Below, piece after piece: positions 46,333 to 57,481 of a DNA stretch of 64,000 nucleotides. The notes beneath the pieces were generated by a model that ran no database searches, was not told the DNA's origin, and was given only the letters and a program-made list of their open reading frames with translations. Source of the stretch: Elusimicrobiota bacterium (GTDB lineage: Bacteria; Elusimicrobiota; Elusimicrobia; F11); assembly GCA_044221725.1 (NCBI GenBank), contig JBGAON010000003.1, positions 448,001 through 512,000 on the forward strand. The letters run 5' to 3'. A program made the translations under genes and the position numbers. Every line of letters starts with the position of its first letter. The first letter of the stretch is position 1.

Positions 46333-48038
46333 AGAACTGACTCGTAGATATGTTTTGTGTCGGCCACCGTACGTCGAACGTCCACTTGTGAGGTGACAGC
46401 AATAGCCGCCCGCACGATTTTGACCGCCGCACTGGTATCGCTCATCTTTCGATTAAAAGCTTCAAGAGCCTCGAGAAGGCCGAGGGCTGTCGGTTCGCCT
46501 TTAACGTACGGGATATAGAAGCCATTAACGTGGTCGGCTTCTTTCTCGATTCCTTCAAAAAAAACAAATTCCGGTACGGCACCATCGGCCGTGGCCAGCA
46601 CGGCGGCTCCGTTCATCTGCGCTTTCATGAAGCCGGTGGCCGATGCTTCGCGCGTGTCATCGGCCAGCATGATCGTACCGTCGACACCCTGATAAATCGT
46701 CGGCGCGTCCCACACGTTGAAGTTATCGATTGTAACGATTCGGTTCTGAAGACCTGGATCTTTCTCGAGGATATCCAACAAATCATAGACGATATCTTGT
46801 GCGTGATTGTCTTGCTGGTGCACCCGGCCGCCCACGAGAATCAACACATTCAGCGCATTGAATCGCGCCCGCCAATCGGGGTTCTTCAGCATTTTTACGA
46901 GCAGGTCCAGTCGTTTGTAGGGCGTGATACGGCGCGTCCATGCGATCACAAACCGATTTTCCGATTCCTTTGCCCAGTTCGGCCAAAGGTGACAGTGACG
47001 CCACGCCCAATCGAGCAGCGCTTTCTTTTTGGATTTTTTGATTTCAAGAAGCTGGGCATCGGCCAGCTGATCCGGGTTTGCGAATTCGGCAATCTGCCAA
47101 TCGGCCTTCCGTACGCCGTTCGTCACGTACTGAATTTTGTTTTTGAATTCGTGAAGCGACGGCATCGCTTTCATCACATCGCCGTGTTTCTTTGCGACAC
47201 CAAAAACAGCGTCGCAGGTGCCGACGAGCATGCTCGTAACATCGAGGCTTTTTTTCTGATCGTTCCAGCCCGGTTTGTTCAGGTAAATTTTTGGATCAAT
47301 TTTGACCAAATCCAGTGTGTGCTGATCCCAAATTGGATGCGCGTATTCCAACGGGGTGTGGTCGTTGAATATATATTTCGTGTGTGAGAAAAATGAATCG
47401 TTTTGGAACGAGTCTATGGCAAGTCTATCGTGTGCAAATATTGTCGGCGTCTCGCTAAGAACAATGATGTTCGGTTTCTCATTTAATTTTTTGCACAACG
47501 CCAAAGCACCGCGACCGACGAGCCAACTTTGTTTCAATCGCGTTTCGTGCGCCCACACGTGCGGATTTGTTGCCGTAAGATTGGTTGGCGCGTCTTTTGG
47601 CCCTGGATACACGATATCCGTGATGTGCGGAGCCGCGAGAAAATAAACCGTGGATTTTCCGTAATTCAGCTTCCAGACCGTGACATCAACGAGCTGGCCG
47701 TCGAACATTGGGAGCGCAAAGCCGAGCGACGTCGGTGTCAGCGAGGCGCGCAACGCGTTTCCAACGTTGCGCTTTTGAAGATTGATTTGTCCCCATTCGT
47801 GCCAGGCTTGGGCCCAAACGGTGTCGTATAACAGGCTTACGCCGACGACATTTAATCCGGCTTCGCCTTGCTCAAAAATGCGTTCGCGGAGCAAAGGACC
47901 GATGCCGCCCACCGATGTCGACATGGCGCACTCACGCGCTTTTTCGGCACCAAACCGCTTCGCGATATCATCGAGAAAAAATTTCGGAAGCGCCATTTCC
48001 ATGGCAACTTCTACAATCAGCGTCTTGTCGTCCAACAT
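46329..48038 (-). CDS. Short, divergent alpha-glucan phosphorylase (GT35-like)
   Basis: GGIG, HTP, TNGV, RR...YKR and EASATGFMK...NG (PLP-Lys motif EASGTSGMK) matches. Confidence 0.72.
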   Translation of the reverse strand: MLDDKTLIVEVAMEMALPKFFLDDIAKRFGAEKARECAMSTSVGGIGPLLRERIFEQGEAGLNVVGVSLLYDTVWAQAWHEWGQINLQKRNVGNALRASLTPTSLGFALPMFDGQLVDVTVWKLNYGKSTVYFLAAPHITDIVYPGPKDAPTNLTATNPHVWAHETRLKQSWLVGRGALALCKKLNEKPNIIVLSETPTIFAHDRLAIDSFQNDSFFSHTKYIFNDHTPLEYAHPIWDQHTLDLVKIDPKIYLNKPGWNDQKKSLDVTSMLVGTCDAVFGVAKKHGDVMKAMPSLHEFKNKIQYVTNGVRKADWQIAEFANPDQLADAQLLEIKKSKKKALLDWAWRHCHLWPNWAKESENRFVIAWTRRITPYKRLDLLVKMLKNPDWRARFNALNVLILVGGRVHQQDNHAQDIVYDLLDILEKDPGLQNRIVTIDNFNVWDAPTIYQGVDGTIMLADDTREASATGFMKAQMNGAAVLATADGAVPEFVFFEGIEKEADHVNGFYIPYVKGEPTALGLLEALEAFNRKMSDTSAAVKIVRAAIAVTSQVDVRRTVADTKHIYESVL

Positions 48039-48086
48039 GAAGGCGTGAACGATATCAAAATCAGAGTTTGTGTTCTTTGCTAAGGG

Positions 48087-49193
48087 TTAGCGCAGGTGAT
48101 CCCAATAGGATTCTTCTTTCATTGGAAGGATAAGAATTACCCGGTCGTTTGGAACGTCGAAGACCTCAGAAATTTTTTCCTCTTTTCGTTCGGGGCCAAA
48201 CCACGTGGAAAGCGTCAGCATCTGAGTGTTGCCGAGTTCTCCGAACGGCGTGATCGCGTAGTCGAGACTAAATTGGCGAAATTGAAGTCCGAGCCCGCCG
48301 GTCAGGCCGCTCACATTGGCGAGATTTCCCCGGTTTGTTTCGCTGGTCTGGTTGTTCGTGATACTCGTGGCGAGCTGCGCCAAATAACCAGCGCGCAACA
48401 TCACGTTGTTCGTGGCAAAAAGCTGCGTGCCAAGCGCTAATTCCGTTTGATGCGAATACGGCTTGTGATGGACGTCCGCGAGCAGAACGATCGGGTTCGA
48501 AAGACGATACGCGGTGCCAACCGACAAGGTCAGCGGCAACGCGTATTGTTCATCCACAAATTTCATTTGCGGCCCCAAATTTCGCACGCTCATTCCAAGC
48601 GACATCCGGTTAATTGGCGTCGCCGATAAGAATCCCAAGTCAACCGCGAATCCATCCGCTTCATGGCCCGCTAACTCCTGTCGAATCACTTTTAACTGCG
48701 TTCCCATCTGCATGCGCCCAAAGTTGTGCGCGTAGGCTGCCCCCAGCGCAAGATCAGAGGCCGAAAGCGAACCGGTTTTGTTGCGCTGATCATCGTAGCG
48801 GTCCTGGTCCGTGTAGGACAAATGAATCAGATCGAGACCCCAAGAGCTGGCGCCGGATCGGCTGGGAATAATGGCGCCCAAATGGTCGAGGTTCGTTTCG
48901 GAAAATTGATCTTGATGGGAAAGGGAAAGGCCCAGGGTTGGGTGCGGAAGCTGAGTTGCGCCGCGAAGATTGACAATCCCGGCCGGGTTCCAGTTCAGCG
49001 CGTTGATACCGTGGGCGAGGGCGGTGTAAGCCTGTCCCAATCCTGCCGGCTCCGCTCCAATCGGAATTTTTAGAAAATCGGCGCTCGTATCCACCCCGGC
49101 ACGAGCCACCGACAAAAGAGGAAAGACAGGCGCCAAAAAAATCGCCGCCCGCGCAACCCGCCAGAATCTATGCCGAACCGAATCCCGTTTCAT
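48087..49193 (-). CDS. PorV/PorQ-like beta-barrel (second copy)
   Basis: ADFLKIPIGAEPAGLGQAYTAL......WNPAG, FAVDLG, VRNLG, LRAGY and LDYA.TPFGELG motifs. Confidence 0.82.
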   Translation of the reverse strand: MKRDSVRHRFWRVARAAIFLAPVFPLLSVARAGVDTSADFLKIPIGAEPAGLGQAYTALAHGINALNWNPAGIVNLRGATQLPHPTLGLSLSHQDQFSETNLDHLGAIIPSRSGASSWGLDLIHLSYTDQDRYDDQRNKTGSLSASDLALGAAYAHNFGRMQMGTQLKVIRQELAGHEADGFAVDLGFLSATPINRMSLGMSVRNLGPQMKFVDEQYALPLTLSVGTAYRLSNPIVLLADVHHKPYSHQTELALGTQLFATNNVMLRAGYLAQLATSITNNQTSETNRGNLANVSGLTGGLGLQFRQFSLDYAITPFGELGNTQMLTLSTWFGPERKEEKISEVFDVPNDRVILILPMKEESYWDHLR

Positions 49194-49248
49194 CTTGAAC
49201 GCCCGCCAAGCCGTGGACGGTGTTACAAGAATGTTACGTGCTCTTCGA

Positions 49249-49274
49249 TTAAAACCGCTTTAACTTCAGATTAA
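49249..49274. promoter_or_regulatory. Triple TTAA-N7 phased repeat upstream of the barrel gene
   Basis: TTAA at 49249, 49260 and 49271; also TGTTAC-N5-TGTTAC at 49221-49237. Confidence 0.4.
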
Positions 49275-49300
49275 GTTTTAGAGAAGATTCGCAAACGGGG

Positions 49301-51106
49301 CTATTTCACAACACTGAATCGAAACCGTCGGCGGGCGGGTTCTTTATCGCCAAGTTGGTTGGTCACGACGCCGATGTACACGCCGGATTTGAAGGTTTGG
49401 GGGTCCAATTTAATTTCGTAGGCCGGTTTTCCCCCAACAAAAGTCAGCTCCGAATCAAGATGCGGATTGGAATACACCAGCGCTCCGGCCACATCGTAAA
49501 TGCGTACCGAAAGATTGTCCGACTTTTCGCTCGTTTCGATGTGCAATGTTGGAATCGCGCCGTTCGTGGTCGGGTTTGGAAACACGTACACTTCTCCGAG
49601 CGAAGGCGTCGGATTGACGACGGTCGCAAACGCGCGGTAATAACCAAAAGTTGTTGCTTGGAACGTGATGCCGGTTTCTTGGGAACGCTGGCGGGGCGCC
49701 ACGCTCCACGTCAGCCCATCCGACGAAAAATAAACTTGTGGATCCGCAAGCCCGTCCAGTGCCGGCAGAACGAACGTGCTTGATTTGGTTGCGAGGTTCC
49801 CGCCCCGAGGAGACGCGACCAATTCGACCTTCTGCTCTTCATTGCAAACTGGAATTGCGCCAGCGGAATGCAAGAATTGCTGGTTGAGTTGAACTTCGTT
49901 TCCGTTGTTCGGCGCGAAGATGAGGAGAGGGCCAATCGCCCGCAGTCCATTCGACATCGCGAATTTTTGAGAACCCACACCCACGGCGCTCTCCGCTGAC
50001 AGCGTAGACACAGCTGCCTCCAGACACGCCGTTCCCGATGGATTCGGTGAACTACTGCCGGACGGATTTGGAGACGTCGACGGATTTCCGGAAGGGTTCG
50101 GGCTTACCGATCCACTCGGTGTTGGAAACGGACTTCCGCTTCCTGATGGGTCCGGAGATACGCTTCCGGAAGGAAACGGTGACCCGCTAGGATCGGGAGA
50201 TCCTGAGGGGTCTGGGCTTTCCGACGGATCTGGACTGCCGGATGGGTCCGGGCTGCCCGAAGGATCGGGGGTGCCGGACGGATCAGGGGTGCCAGAGGGA
50301 TCGGGCGTGCCGGACGGATCGGGGGTGCCGGACGGATTCGGAGTTCCAGAAGGATAAGGCGTTTCGGGCGGCGGTACGCAGCCACCGGGGGCACCGAATC
50401 CGGCCCCACCACCGGAATATCCTCCGCCTTCGCATCCGGGCGGTGTCGGCGTGGGGGATTGTGGCGGCTTGCAGAAATCCGGAGTAGCAAACCGTTGCCG
50501 GCCCGTAATATTGAACAAACCGTTGTAAAGAAGCACCTCTATGTAACACGCGCCGCTCGGATCCACGGGGGCGTCGCCCGCGTAGTAACCATCAGCGTCC
50601 ACGGCTATGGTTCGCCAGATTGTTTTGTTGGTTCCTATAAAAGGTTCATCTTTGTGAAGTTCAACTTGGTCAAACGCGATTTCAGGGCCCATGAATTTAG
50701 CGCCCGTGTTAATCGCGTTGCGATCGTAATACCCGAGATCATTATCGTCGTTAGCGTACGGCGCCTTTCCACTCTGCTTTTCGACAGCGCGCAGAAAAAC
50801 TCTTAGATAAGGAACTGGTCGCGGATTCGGTAACGTCGTGCACGCGTTGTATCCGACCCCGATACTGATCATGTACTTGCCCGCGGGCGTCCGACGAAAA
50901 TCTTCAAGAGTGATGCGGGCGCGCTGAAAGCACCAATTTTGAACATCGAGTTGGTTCGGCACCGTGACAGGACCGCAACGTTCCGGATTCGAGCCATTCG
51001 TGACGAGCTCACAGTCGGCCTGGAGTTCCGATAAGGTAAAAAATGCGAACGCCATACCAGTGAGCGTGATGGCGATGATTTTGGTCGGAAATATTCGCAT
51101 TTTCAT
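49301..51106 (-). CDS. Secreted protein with Cys-containing N-domain, Pro/Ser/Gly repeat stalk and T9SS-like CTD
   Basis: Signal peptide ending ELQA; (PSG[TS]PD)n; C-terminal VYVFPNP...RIYDVAGALV...KSGVY...FSVVK. Start is uncertain (51100-51148). Confidence 0.78.
   Translation of the reverse strand: MKMRIFPTKIIAITLTGMAFAFFTLSELQADCELVTNGSNPERCGPVTVPNQLDVQNWCFQRARITLEDFRRTPAGKYMISIGVGYNACTTLPNPRPVPYLRVFLRAVEKQSGKAPYANDDNDLGYYDRNAINTGAKFMGPEIAFDQVELHKDEPFIGTNKTIWRTIAVDADGYYAGDAPVDPSGACYIEVLLYNGLFNITGRQRFATPDFCKPPQSPTPTPPGCEGGGYSGGGAGFGAPGGCVPPPETPYPSGTPNPSGTPDPSGTPDPSGTPDPSGTPDPSGSPDPSGSPDPSESPDPSGSPDPSGSPFPSGSVSPDPSGSGSPFPTPSGSVSPNPSGNPSTSPNPSGSSSPNPSGTACLEAAVSTLSAESAVGVGSQKFAMSNGLRAIGPLLIFAPNNGNEVQLNQQFLHSAGAIPVCNEEQKVELVASPRGGNLATKSSTFVLPALDGLADPQVYFSSDGLTWSVAPRQRSQETGITFQATTFGYYRAFATVVNPTPSLGEVYVFPNPTTNGAIPTLHIETSEKSDNLSVRIYDVAGALVYSNPHLDSELTFVGGKPAYEIKLDPQTFKSGVYIGVVTNQLGDKEPARRRFRFSVVK
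50174..50353 (-). repeat. 18-bp / hexapeptide tandem repeat, 10 units of PSG(T/S)P(D/N/F)
   Basis: PSGTPN-(PSGTPD)4-(PSGSPD)2-PSESPD-PSGSPD-PSGSPF, then degenerate units down to about 50030. Confidence 0.9.
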
Positions 51107-51166
51107 CGTTTTTAAAATTGTACCATCAAATTCCGTCAGTTTCATCAAAGTCTAGCCTGGCAGACC

Positions 51167-51192
51167 TTAAAAACGCCTTAAGAAATGGTTAA
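51167..51192. promoter_or_regulatory. Triple TTAA-N7 phased repeat upstream of the CTD cargo gene
   Basis: TTAA at 51167, 51178 and 51189. Confidence 0.4.
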
Positions 51193-51297
51193 GGTTTGAG
51201 GTGAGTTGGAAAAAATCCAGCTTTTCCGTGTTAGAATAGCCGTCCCCCCGGCAAGCGAACTCCAAACAACCAATTTCGTAGTTAAGTTATCCAATTT

Positions 51298-52158
51298 ATG
51301 AAAAGAGAACAAAGGAACATACTGCGGTCATCCGCTATCTTGATGGCCGCTTTCTTAATCGTGAGCTTCGGCGGAGCCTCCATTGTTGGCCCGCTGCCGG
51401 CGGATGTCGCTCGTCCGGTCCAAGTGGACCAGCTCGGAACTCAGTCTGTTCGAGACCTGCAGCGGCTTGGGTTATTAAGCTCGCTGTCTCAGGAGTCCGT
51501 TGAGGAATTGCTCTCCTACCAGTCTCAATCCGGAAAATCCCTTGCCCAGATCCTTCACGATCCGAAATGGGTGCAACGGTTGGGCCTCTCCGCTGATACG
51601 TTCAAAGCCACTTGGTACGCCGCCAACCCCTATGATCTGTTGCCCATCGATTTGCAAACAGCGATTCGACAAACCCAGCAACCCTTTGAAAGCCGAAGAC
51701 ACATCAACAAATGGTTAAAAGCGATGAATGCGCCGGAGCGTTGGAAAGATGCGATCGATCTCGCGCTTATCGAAACCACTCCGATTAATCTTTGGCGGGC
51801 GTCGCGAGGTCAAAAGCCGTATGCAAAGAACGGGCAGTACCTCCAGCCGATTGTCGTGGAAAAGGAATCGGGCGTGTTTGATGTGAGAGACGGTCACATC
51901 GCGACGGATCCTCGTTATATCCCGACAAACTCGCGAGTTATCTTGCTGGTACGGATTAACGGCCAAGATCGGATTCTAAGGGTAAAAGCAGCAGACATTG
52001 GTGAGGCGATCAAAGGTCAGCATGTGGATTTGCCGATCGCGATTAAGCCGCGGTATGGAAAAAATCATTCGATTCGGTTTCCGGGCGAGTATATTCGCAA
52101 CCCCACCGTCATCATTTTGACGCCGTCGCGGAAAGTCAGTCGAGGTCGAACGGCGTAA
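51298..52158 (+). CDS. Secreted or anchored protein with a 3D (MltA-like) domain
   Basis: N-terminal hydrophobic segment; IATDPRYIP and ADIGEAIKGQHVDL carry the three-Asp pattern; TGtTAGAAT extended -10 at 51229-51237. Confidence 0.75.
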   Translation: MKREQRNILRSSAILMAAFLIVSFGGASIVGPLPADVARPVQVDQLGTQSVRDLQRLGLLSSLSQESVEELLSYQSQSGKSLAQILHDPKWVQRLGLSADTFKATWYAANPYDLLPIDLQTAIRQTQQPFESRRHINKWLKAMNAPERWKDAIDLALIETTPINLWRASRGQKPYAKNGQYLQPIVVEKESGVFDVRDGHIATDPRYIPTNSRVILLVRINGQDRILRVKAADIGEAIKGQHVDLPIAIKPRYGKNHSIRFPGEYIRNPTVIILTPSRKVSRGRTA

Positions 52159-52441
52159 GCGGTTTTTCTTTCAGTCCTTCCTTTTTAACCTTCTCAACTT
52201 CTTTCTTAAATATATCGTCGCGTCGCTTTTTCTTCTCTTCAAGATTGTTTTTTGTTTGATCGAGCAAGGCTTCGCGCTTTTTCTTGTCTTCTTCGAGTTT
52301 GCGCAGTGCGGCGGACATTTTGTCTTCGCCAGGTTTGTTTTGTTGCGACGCGTCCCACTTGTGAAGAACGTCCCCGGTTTCCCCATCAACTTCGAGAAGG
52401 GTTTTGCAGCATGGGCAATTCACGTAAAACGATCGCGCCAT
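52136..52441 (-). CDS. Hypothetical protein with CPCC zinc-ribbon-like N-terminus and coiled coil
   Basis: V.CPCC...L.VD..TG, K/E-rich helix and PFDLD end; 2 nt after the ftsB stop. Confidence 0.7.
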   Translation of the reverse strand: MARSFYVNCPCCKTLLEVDGETGDVLHKWDASQQNKPGEDKMSAALRKLEEDKKKREALLDQTKNNLEEKKKRRDDIFKKEVEKVKKEGLKEKPLTPFDLD

Positions 52442-52443
52442 GG

Positions 52444-54080
<1,637 letters not shown>

Positions 54081-55286
54081 TTATTTTGTGCGGCCCGAAT
54101 TGGTCAGCGTTTCAAAAACGGAGCGCAGAATTTGTACACAGCGCATTAAATCTTTCTGCGAAATAAAATACGGCGGTAAAAATCGCAGCACGTTGCCTTG
54201 AGTGCAATTGATCAACAGCCCTCTTTCGCGAGCCAAGCCAACATACGGGTCGCCACTTTCGGTTAACTCCATTCCAAACATCAAACCGAACGAGCGAATC
54301 GTCTTCAGTTGAGGGAATTGCTGAAAGCTGGAGAGGGCCTTGTGGAGTGTCTCGCCGGTTTTTTTAATCGATCGAAGCGCTCGAGGCGGCAGGAGTTTTA
54401 ATACTTCAAGAGCGGCGGCGCAAGCAACCGGGTTTCCGCCGAACGTTGAGCCATGGAGACCCGGTACCATGAGATCGGCCACGCGCGGAACCGACAGCGT
54501 CGCGCCGAGCGGCAGCCCGCCCGCGAGCCCTTTGGCGAGCGTGACGATGTCGGGCTTTGCTCCGTAATGTTCAAACGCAAAAAATTTTCCCGTCCTTCCC
54601 ATCCCGGATTGCACTTCATCGAGGATCAGCAACAAATTATTTTTTTCGCAGAGTTCCGCGACATCGGTCATGAACTCATCCGACGCGATGTTGATACCGC
54701 CTTCGCCTTGAACGGGCTCGAGCATAATAGCGATCGTATTTTCGTTTACGAGTTTTCGCGTGGCGTCGAGATCGTTGTACGGTGCTTTTGAGAATCCGGC
54801 GGGCAACGGCTCAAACACATCGTTCGAGCGTGTGCGGCCCCAACTCGCCGTTGTTGTTGCCAGTGTACGACCATGAAATGCGTTTTCAAACGTGATGATA
54901 TCGCGACCGGGTTTGTTGTTTTTTGTCGCCCACAAGCGTGCGAGTTTGATCGCGAGTTCGTTTGCTTCAGCGCCAGAATTCGAAAAGAACACACGCGAGC
55001 CCTTGTAGCGAGCCGTTAATTCACGGGCGAGGTTCGATTGCGGTTCCGTGTAGAAATAATTGGAGCTGTGCAGTAGCTTCGCTGCCTGCTTTTGCACCGC
55101 GCGCACGACGTTTGGATTGTTGTGCCCAACGCCGCACACCGCGAGGCCGGAATAGAAATCCAAATATTTTTTTCCTTTGCTGTCCCAGACATAGCTGTCT
55201 TTTGCTTTCGCGATCAACAACGGTTGGCGTTTGAACGTGTAAAGAAAATGCTTAAGTTCTTTGTCCAGATACGGATTTACGGACAT
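54081..55286 (-). CDS. argD: Acetylornithine aminotransferase
   Basis: NSGAEANE, FHGRT, EPVQGEGG, DEVQSG, LAKGL and HGSTFGGNP motifs; next to argB. Confidence 0.92.
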   Translation of the reverse strand: MSVNPYLDKELKHFLYTFKRQPLLIAKAKDSYVWDSKGKKYLDFYSGLAVCGVGHNNPNVVRAVQKQAAKLLHSSNYFYTEPQSNLARELTARYKGSRVFFSNSGAEANELAIKLARLWATKNNKPGRDIITFENAFHGRTLATTTASWGRTRSNDVFEPLPAGFSKAPYNDLDATRKLVNENTIAIMLEPVQGEGGINIASDEFMTDVAELCEKNNLLLILDEVQSGMGRTGKFFAFEHYGAKPDIVTLAKGLAGGLPLGATLSVPRVADLMVPGLHGSTFGGNPVACAAALEVLKLLPPRALRSIKKTGETLHKALSSFQQFPQLKTIRSFGLMFGMELTESGDPYVGLARERGLLINCTQGNVLRFLPPYFISQKDLMRCVQILRSVFETLTNSGRTK

Positions 55287-56026
55287 ATCTTGGTTCCCGA
55301 TTTGAAGTCGATTCCTTTCTTGCCGTTCAAAATATCGACTTCCCCCACACCGCTTTTTATTCCGACGCGTGCCGACTGGACCTTCGGAATCATTCCGCCC
55401 GTAATGACCGCGTCGGAAATCAGTTTGTCGATTGTGCCTGTGCGCAGAACCGGGATTGTTTTCTTTTCATGATTCAGAACGCCCGATATGTTCGTTAAAA
55501 ATACCAAGTTCGCTGCACGCAGCTGAACGGCGAGCGCGCTCGCCACATCATCGGCGTTGATGTTAACGGGGTTTCCGTTCGGGTCGGATCCCACCGATGA
55601 AACGACCGGAAGAAAATCTTTTGAAAGCAGAGCGGTCAACAAAGCGACATTGTATTTCGATGGCTTCGCCGCGCGGCCCAAATTTTTCATCGGAATGGCG
55701 GTGACAAGCCCGCCATCACGGCATGAGAGTCCCACGGCGTTCGCCCCGCCTTTCGTGAGCTCGGCCGCGAGTCCCTTGTTAATTTCCCCGCTGAGGACAC
55801 GTTCCACGACCACCATCGCTTCAGGCGATGTGAAACGACGTCCATTCACAAACTTGGTCGGAATTTTATTTTTGTTAAGTTCTTGTTCGATTTGCGGCCC
55901 GCCGCCGTGCACAAAAACAACCGGCTGACGACGCGCCACGCGCGCGAGATCCGCCAAAATTTTTTTTCTGATGGGCCCGGGCAGCAACAATTCGCCGCCG
56001 GCTTTAATAATCCAAGGACGTTTCAT
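55277..56026 (-). CDS. argB: Acetylglutamate kinase
   Basis: IKAGG, VHGGG, GRRFT, NINAD and GGMIPK motifs. Start re-set to MKRP at 56026. Confidence 0.93.
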   Translation of the reverse strand: MKRPWIIKAGGELLLPGPIRKKILADLARVARRQPVVFVHGGGPQIEQELNKNKIPTKFVNGRRFTSPEAMVVVERVLSGEINKGLAAELTKGGANAVGLSCRDGGLVTAIPMKNLGRAAKPSKYNVALLTALLSKDFLPVVSSVGSDPNGNPVNINADDVASALAVQLRAANLVFLTNISGVLNHEKKTIPVLRTGTIDKLISDAVITGGMIPKVQSARVGIKSGVGEVDILNGKKGIDFKSGTKICP

Positions 56027-56748
56027 GATGGTTTGAAGTTTTTGCAGCGCCGGCCAAATTCGCAGCGCTTGCACGACGCGTGGTTTGGCGTGAAATCACC
56101 GCTTCGAATCTTTTCGGCGGCGGTCGTTATTAGGTTTTGAATCTCCTCCAGTTGAGTCTGCGACCGTTGTGTTTCAATCGCGGATCCGGACGATAGAAAA
56201 TAATAAGTGAGTTTGAGCGATGAAACTCCAAGCGTCTTCGCGAGTCCCAGCGCGTAAAACGACATTTGGCGGTCCGAGGCCACGCGCTCTTTCGACCAGG
56301 TTTCGGTTCCGGTTTTGTATTCGATGATTTCGTAGCGACCGTCGGCGTGTTGGTCAATGCGGTCCACGGTTCCTTTAAAGTGAATATCGTTTCCAAAATC
56401 GATATCGAAATTTTTTTCGGTCGCAAAAACTTTCGACGTTCGTTTTGCATCGATCTTGAAAAAATTTTCAAGGATCATTTTTCCGCGCTCGTACGCTTCG
56501 ATCGTTTGCTGCGGGGAACCAAAACCTTCGTTTACCCAGTGCTGATCAAAAATTTCAAAAAGGCGATCCAGTGAACGTTCGGTATTGTCATCGGAAAGGT
56601 ACACGGCCAGCGTGCGGTGCAGCGATTGTCCGAAAGCGGCGGGAGCTTTTGGGCCGGCGCGCCAGCCTTCGTTGTAAACCAAGTGATACATCCACGGGCA
56701 GCGTTCGTAGGTTTGGACGCGCGAATACGAAATCTCAACGGATGACAT
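56023..56748 (-). CDS. PD-(D/E)XK nuclease, RecB/AddB/Cas4-like with four Cys
   Basis: SYS...Y..CP, G..LH, E, GTVDRID, EYKTG, Q..FY and CKRCEF...C motifs. Confidence 0.85.
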   Translation of the reverse strand: MSSVEISYSRVQTYERCPWMYHLVYNEGWRAGPKAPAAFGQSLHRTLAVYLSDDNTERSLDRLFEIFDQHWVNEGFGSPQQTIEAYERGKMILENFFKIDAKRTSKVFATEKNFDIDFGNDIHFKGTVDRIDQHADGRYEIIEYKTGTETWSKERVASDRQMSFYALGLAKTLGVSSLKLTYYFLSSGSAIETQRSQTQLEEIQNLITTAAEKIRSGDFTPNHASCKRCEFGRRCKNFKPS

Positions 56749-56754
56749 GAGACT

Positions 56755-57318
56755 TTAGTTCATCGGAACGAGAAAGCTGAGTCTGCTGTCGCCGTAGTCT
56801 TCCTGGCGTTTGAGTTCCCATTTTTCGGAGGAACCGACAATTTCTTTTTTGTGGTGCTGAGCGATCACAAGACCGCCTTTCGCTAGCAATTCGTAGCGGA
56901 CAATGTTATCGAGCGTCGGTTGCACAAGCGCCAATGGCTTTTTCTCGGCGTCCTTGTAGGGAGGTCCCATAAAAATCAAATCGTAAGGTTTCGGAAGAAC
57001 CGACAAATCGCCGGTCGCATTCAAGCGAAACACCGTTGCTTTGTCTGTCATCTTGAACGCAGCGATGTTGTCATGAACGACCGTCACGCATTGAGGTTCT
57101 TGTTCGATGAACACCACGGACGCCGCGCCCTGCGAGACCGCTTCCAGTCCCACCGCCCCTGTGCCTGCGTAAATGTCTAGAAATCGCGCGCCTTGCATGC
57201 GCGGACGCAATATATCGAACAGGGATTTTTTGATACGAGCGAGAATCGGGCGGACGAGTGGATTGTTTGGAAGTGTGCGAAGGACGCGCCCGCGGGCGTG
57301 TCCACCAAGAATTTTCAT
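56755..57318 (-). CDS. rsmD: 16S rRNA m2G966 methyltransferase RsmD
   Basis: MKILGG..RGR.L, RP, LDIYAGTGAVGLEAVSQGA and GPPY (variant of DPPY) motifs. Confidence 0.9.
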   Translation of the reverse strand: MKILGGHARGRVLRTLPNNPLVRPILARIKKSLFDILRPRMQGARFLDIYAGTGAVGLEAVSQGAASVVFIEQEPQCVTVVHDNIAAFKMTDKATVFRLNATGDLSVLPKPYDLIFMGPPYKDAEKKPLALVQPTLDNIVRYELLAKGGLVIAQHHKKEIVGSSEKWELKRQEDYGDSRLSFLVPMN

Positions 57319-57337
57319 CGTACCTCTAATAATAATA

Positions 57338-57410
57338 TGGAGCTGATCGGGATCGAACCGACGACCTCCTGCATGCCATGCAGGCGCTCTCCCAGCTGAG
57401 CTACAGCCCC
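57338..57410 (-). tRNA. tRNA-Ala (GGC); CCA end not encoded
   Basis: GGGGCTGTAGCTCAGCTGGGAGAGCGCCTGCATGGCATGCAGGAGGTCGTCGGTTCGATCCCGATCAGCTCCA folds as a cloverleaf with G3:U70 and anticodon GGC. Confidence 0.97.
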
Positions 57411-57481
57411 GTAACTTTCGGTAGTCCCATCAACTATCATAATTGAGTGGGGCAACCTCAAGGGGCAACGGATATAACATA

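Noticed and set aside
50030..50353. Tandem repeat as a CRISPR array
   Set aside because: The units are 18-bp in-frame coding repeats with synonymous variation and no unique spacers.
56023..56748. Cas4-like nuclease as a sign of CRISPR-Cas or a defence island
   Set aside because: No repeat-spacer array or other cas genes; it is embedded in a housekeeping operon (rsmD-argB).
57338..57410. tRNA-Ala as an integration site
   Set aside because: No integrase, and I noticed no duplicated tRNA 3' end; rsmD follows 19 nt downstream.
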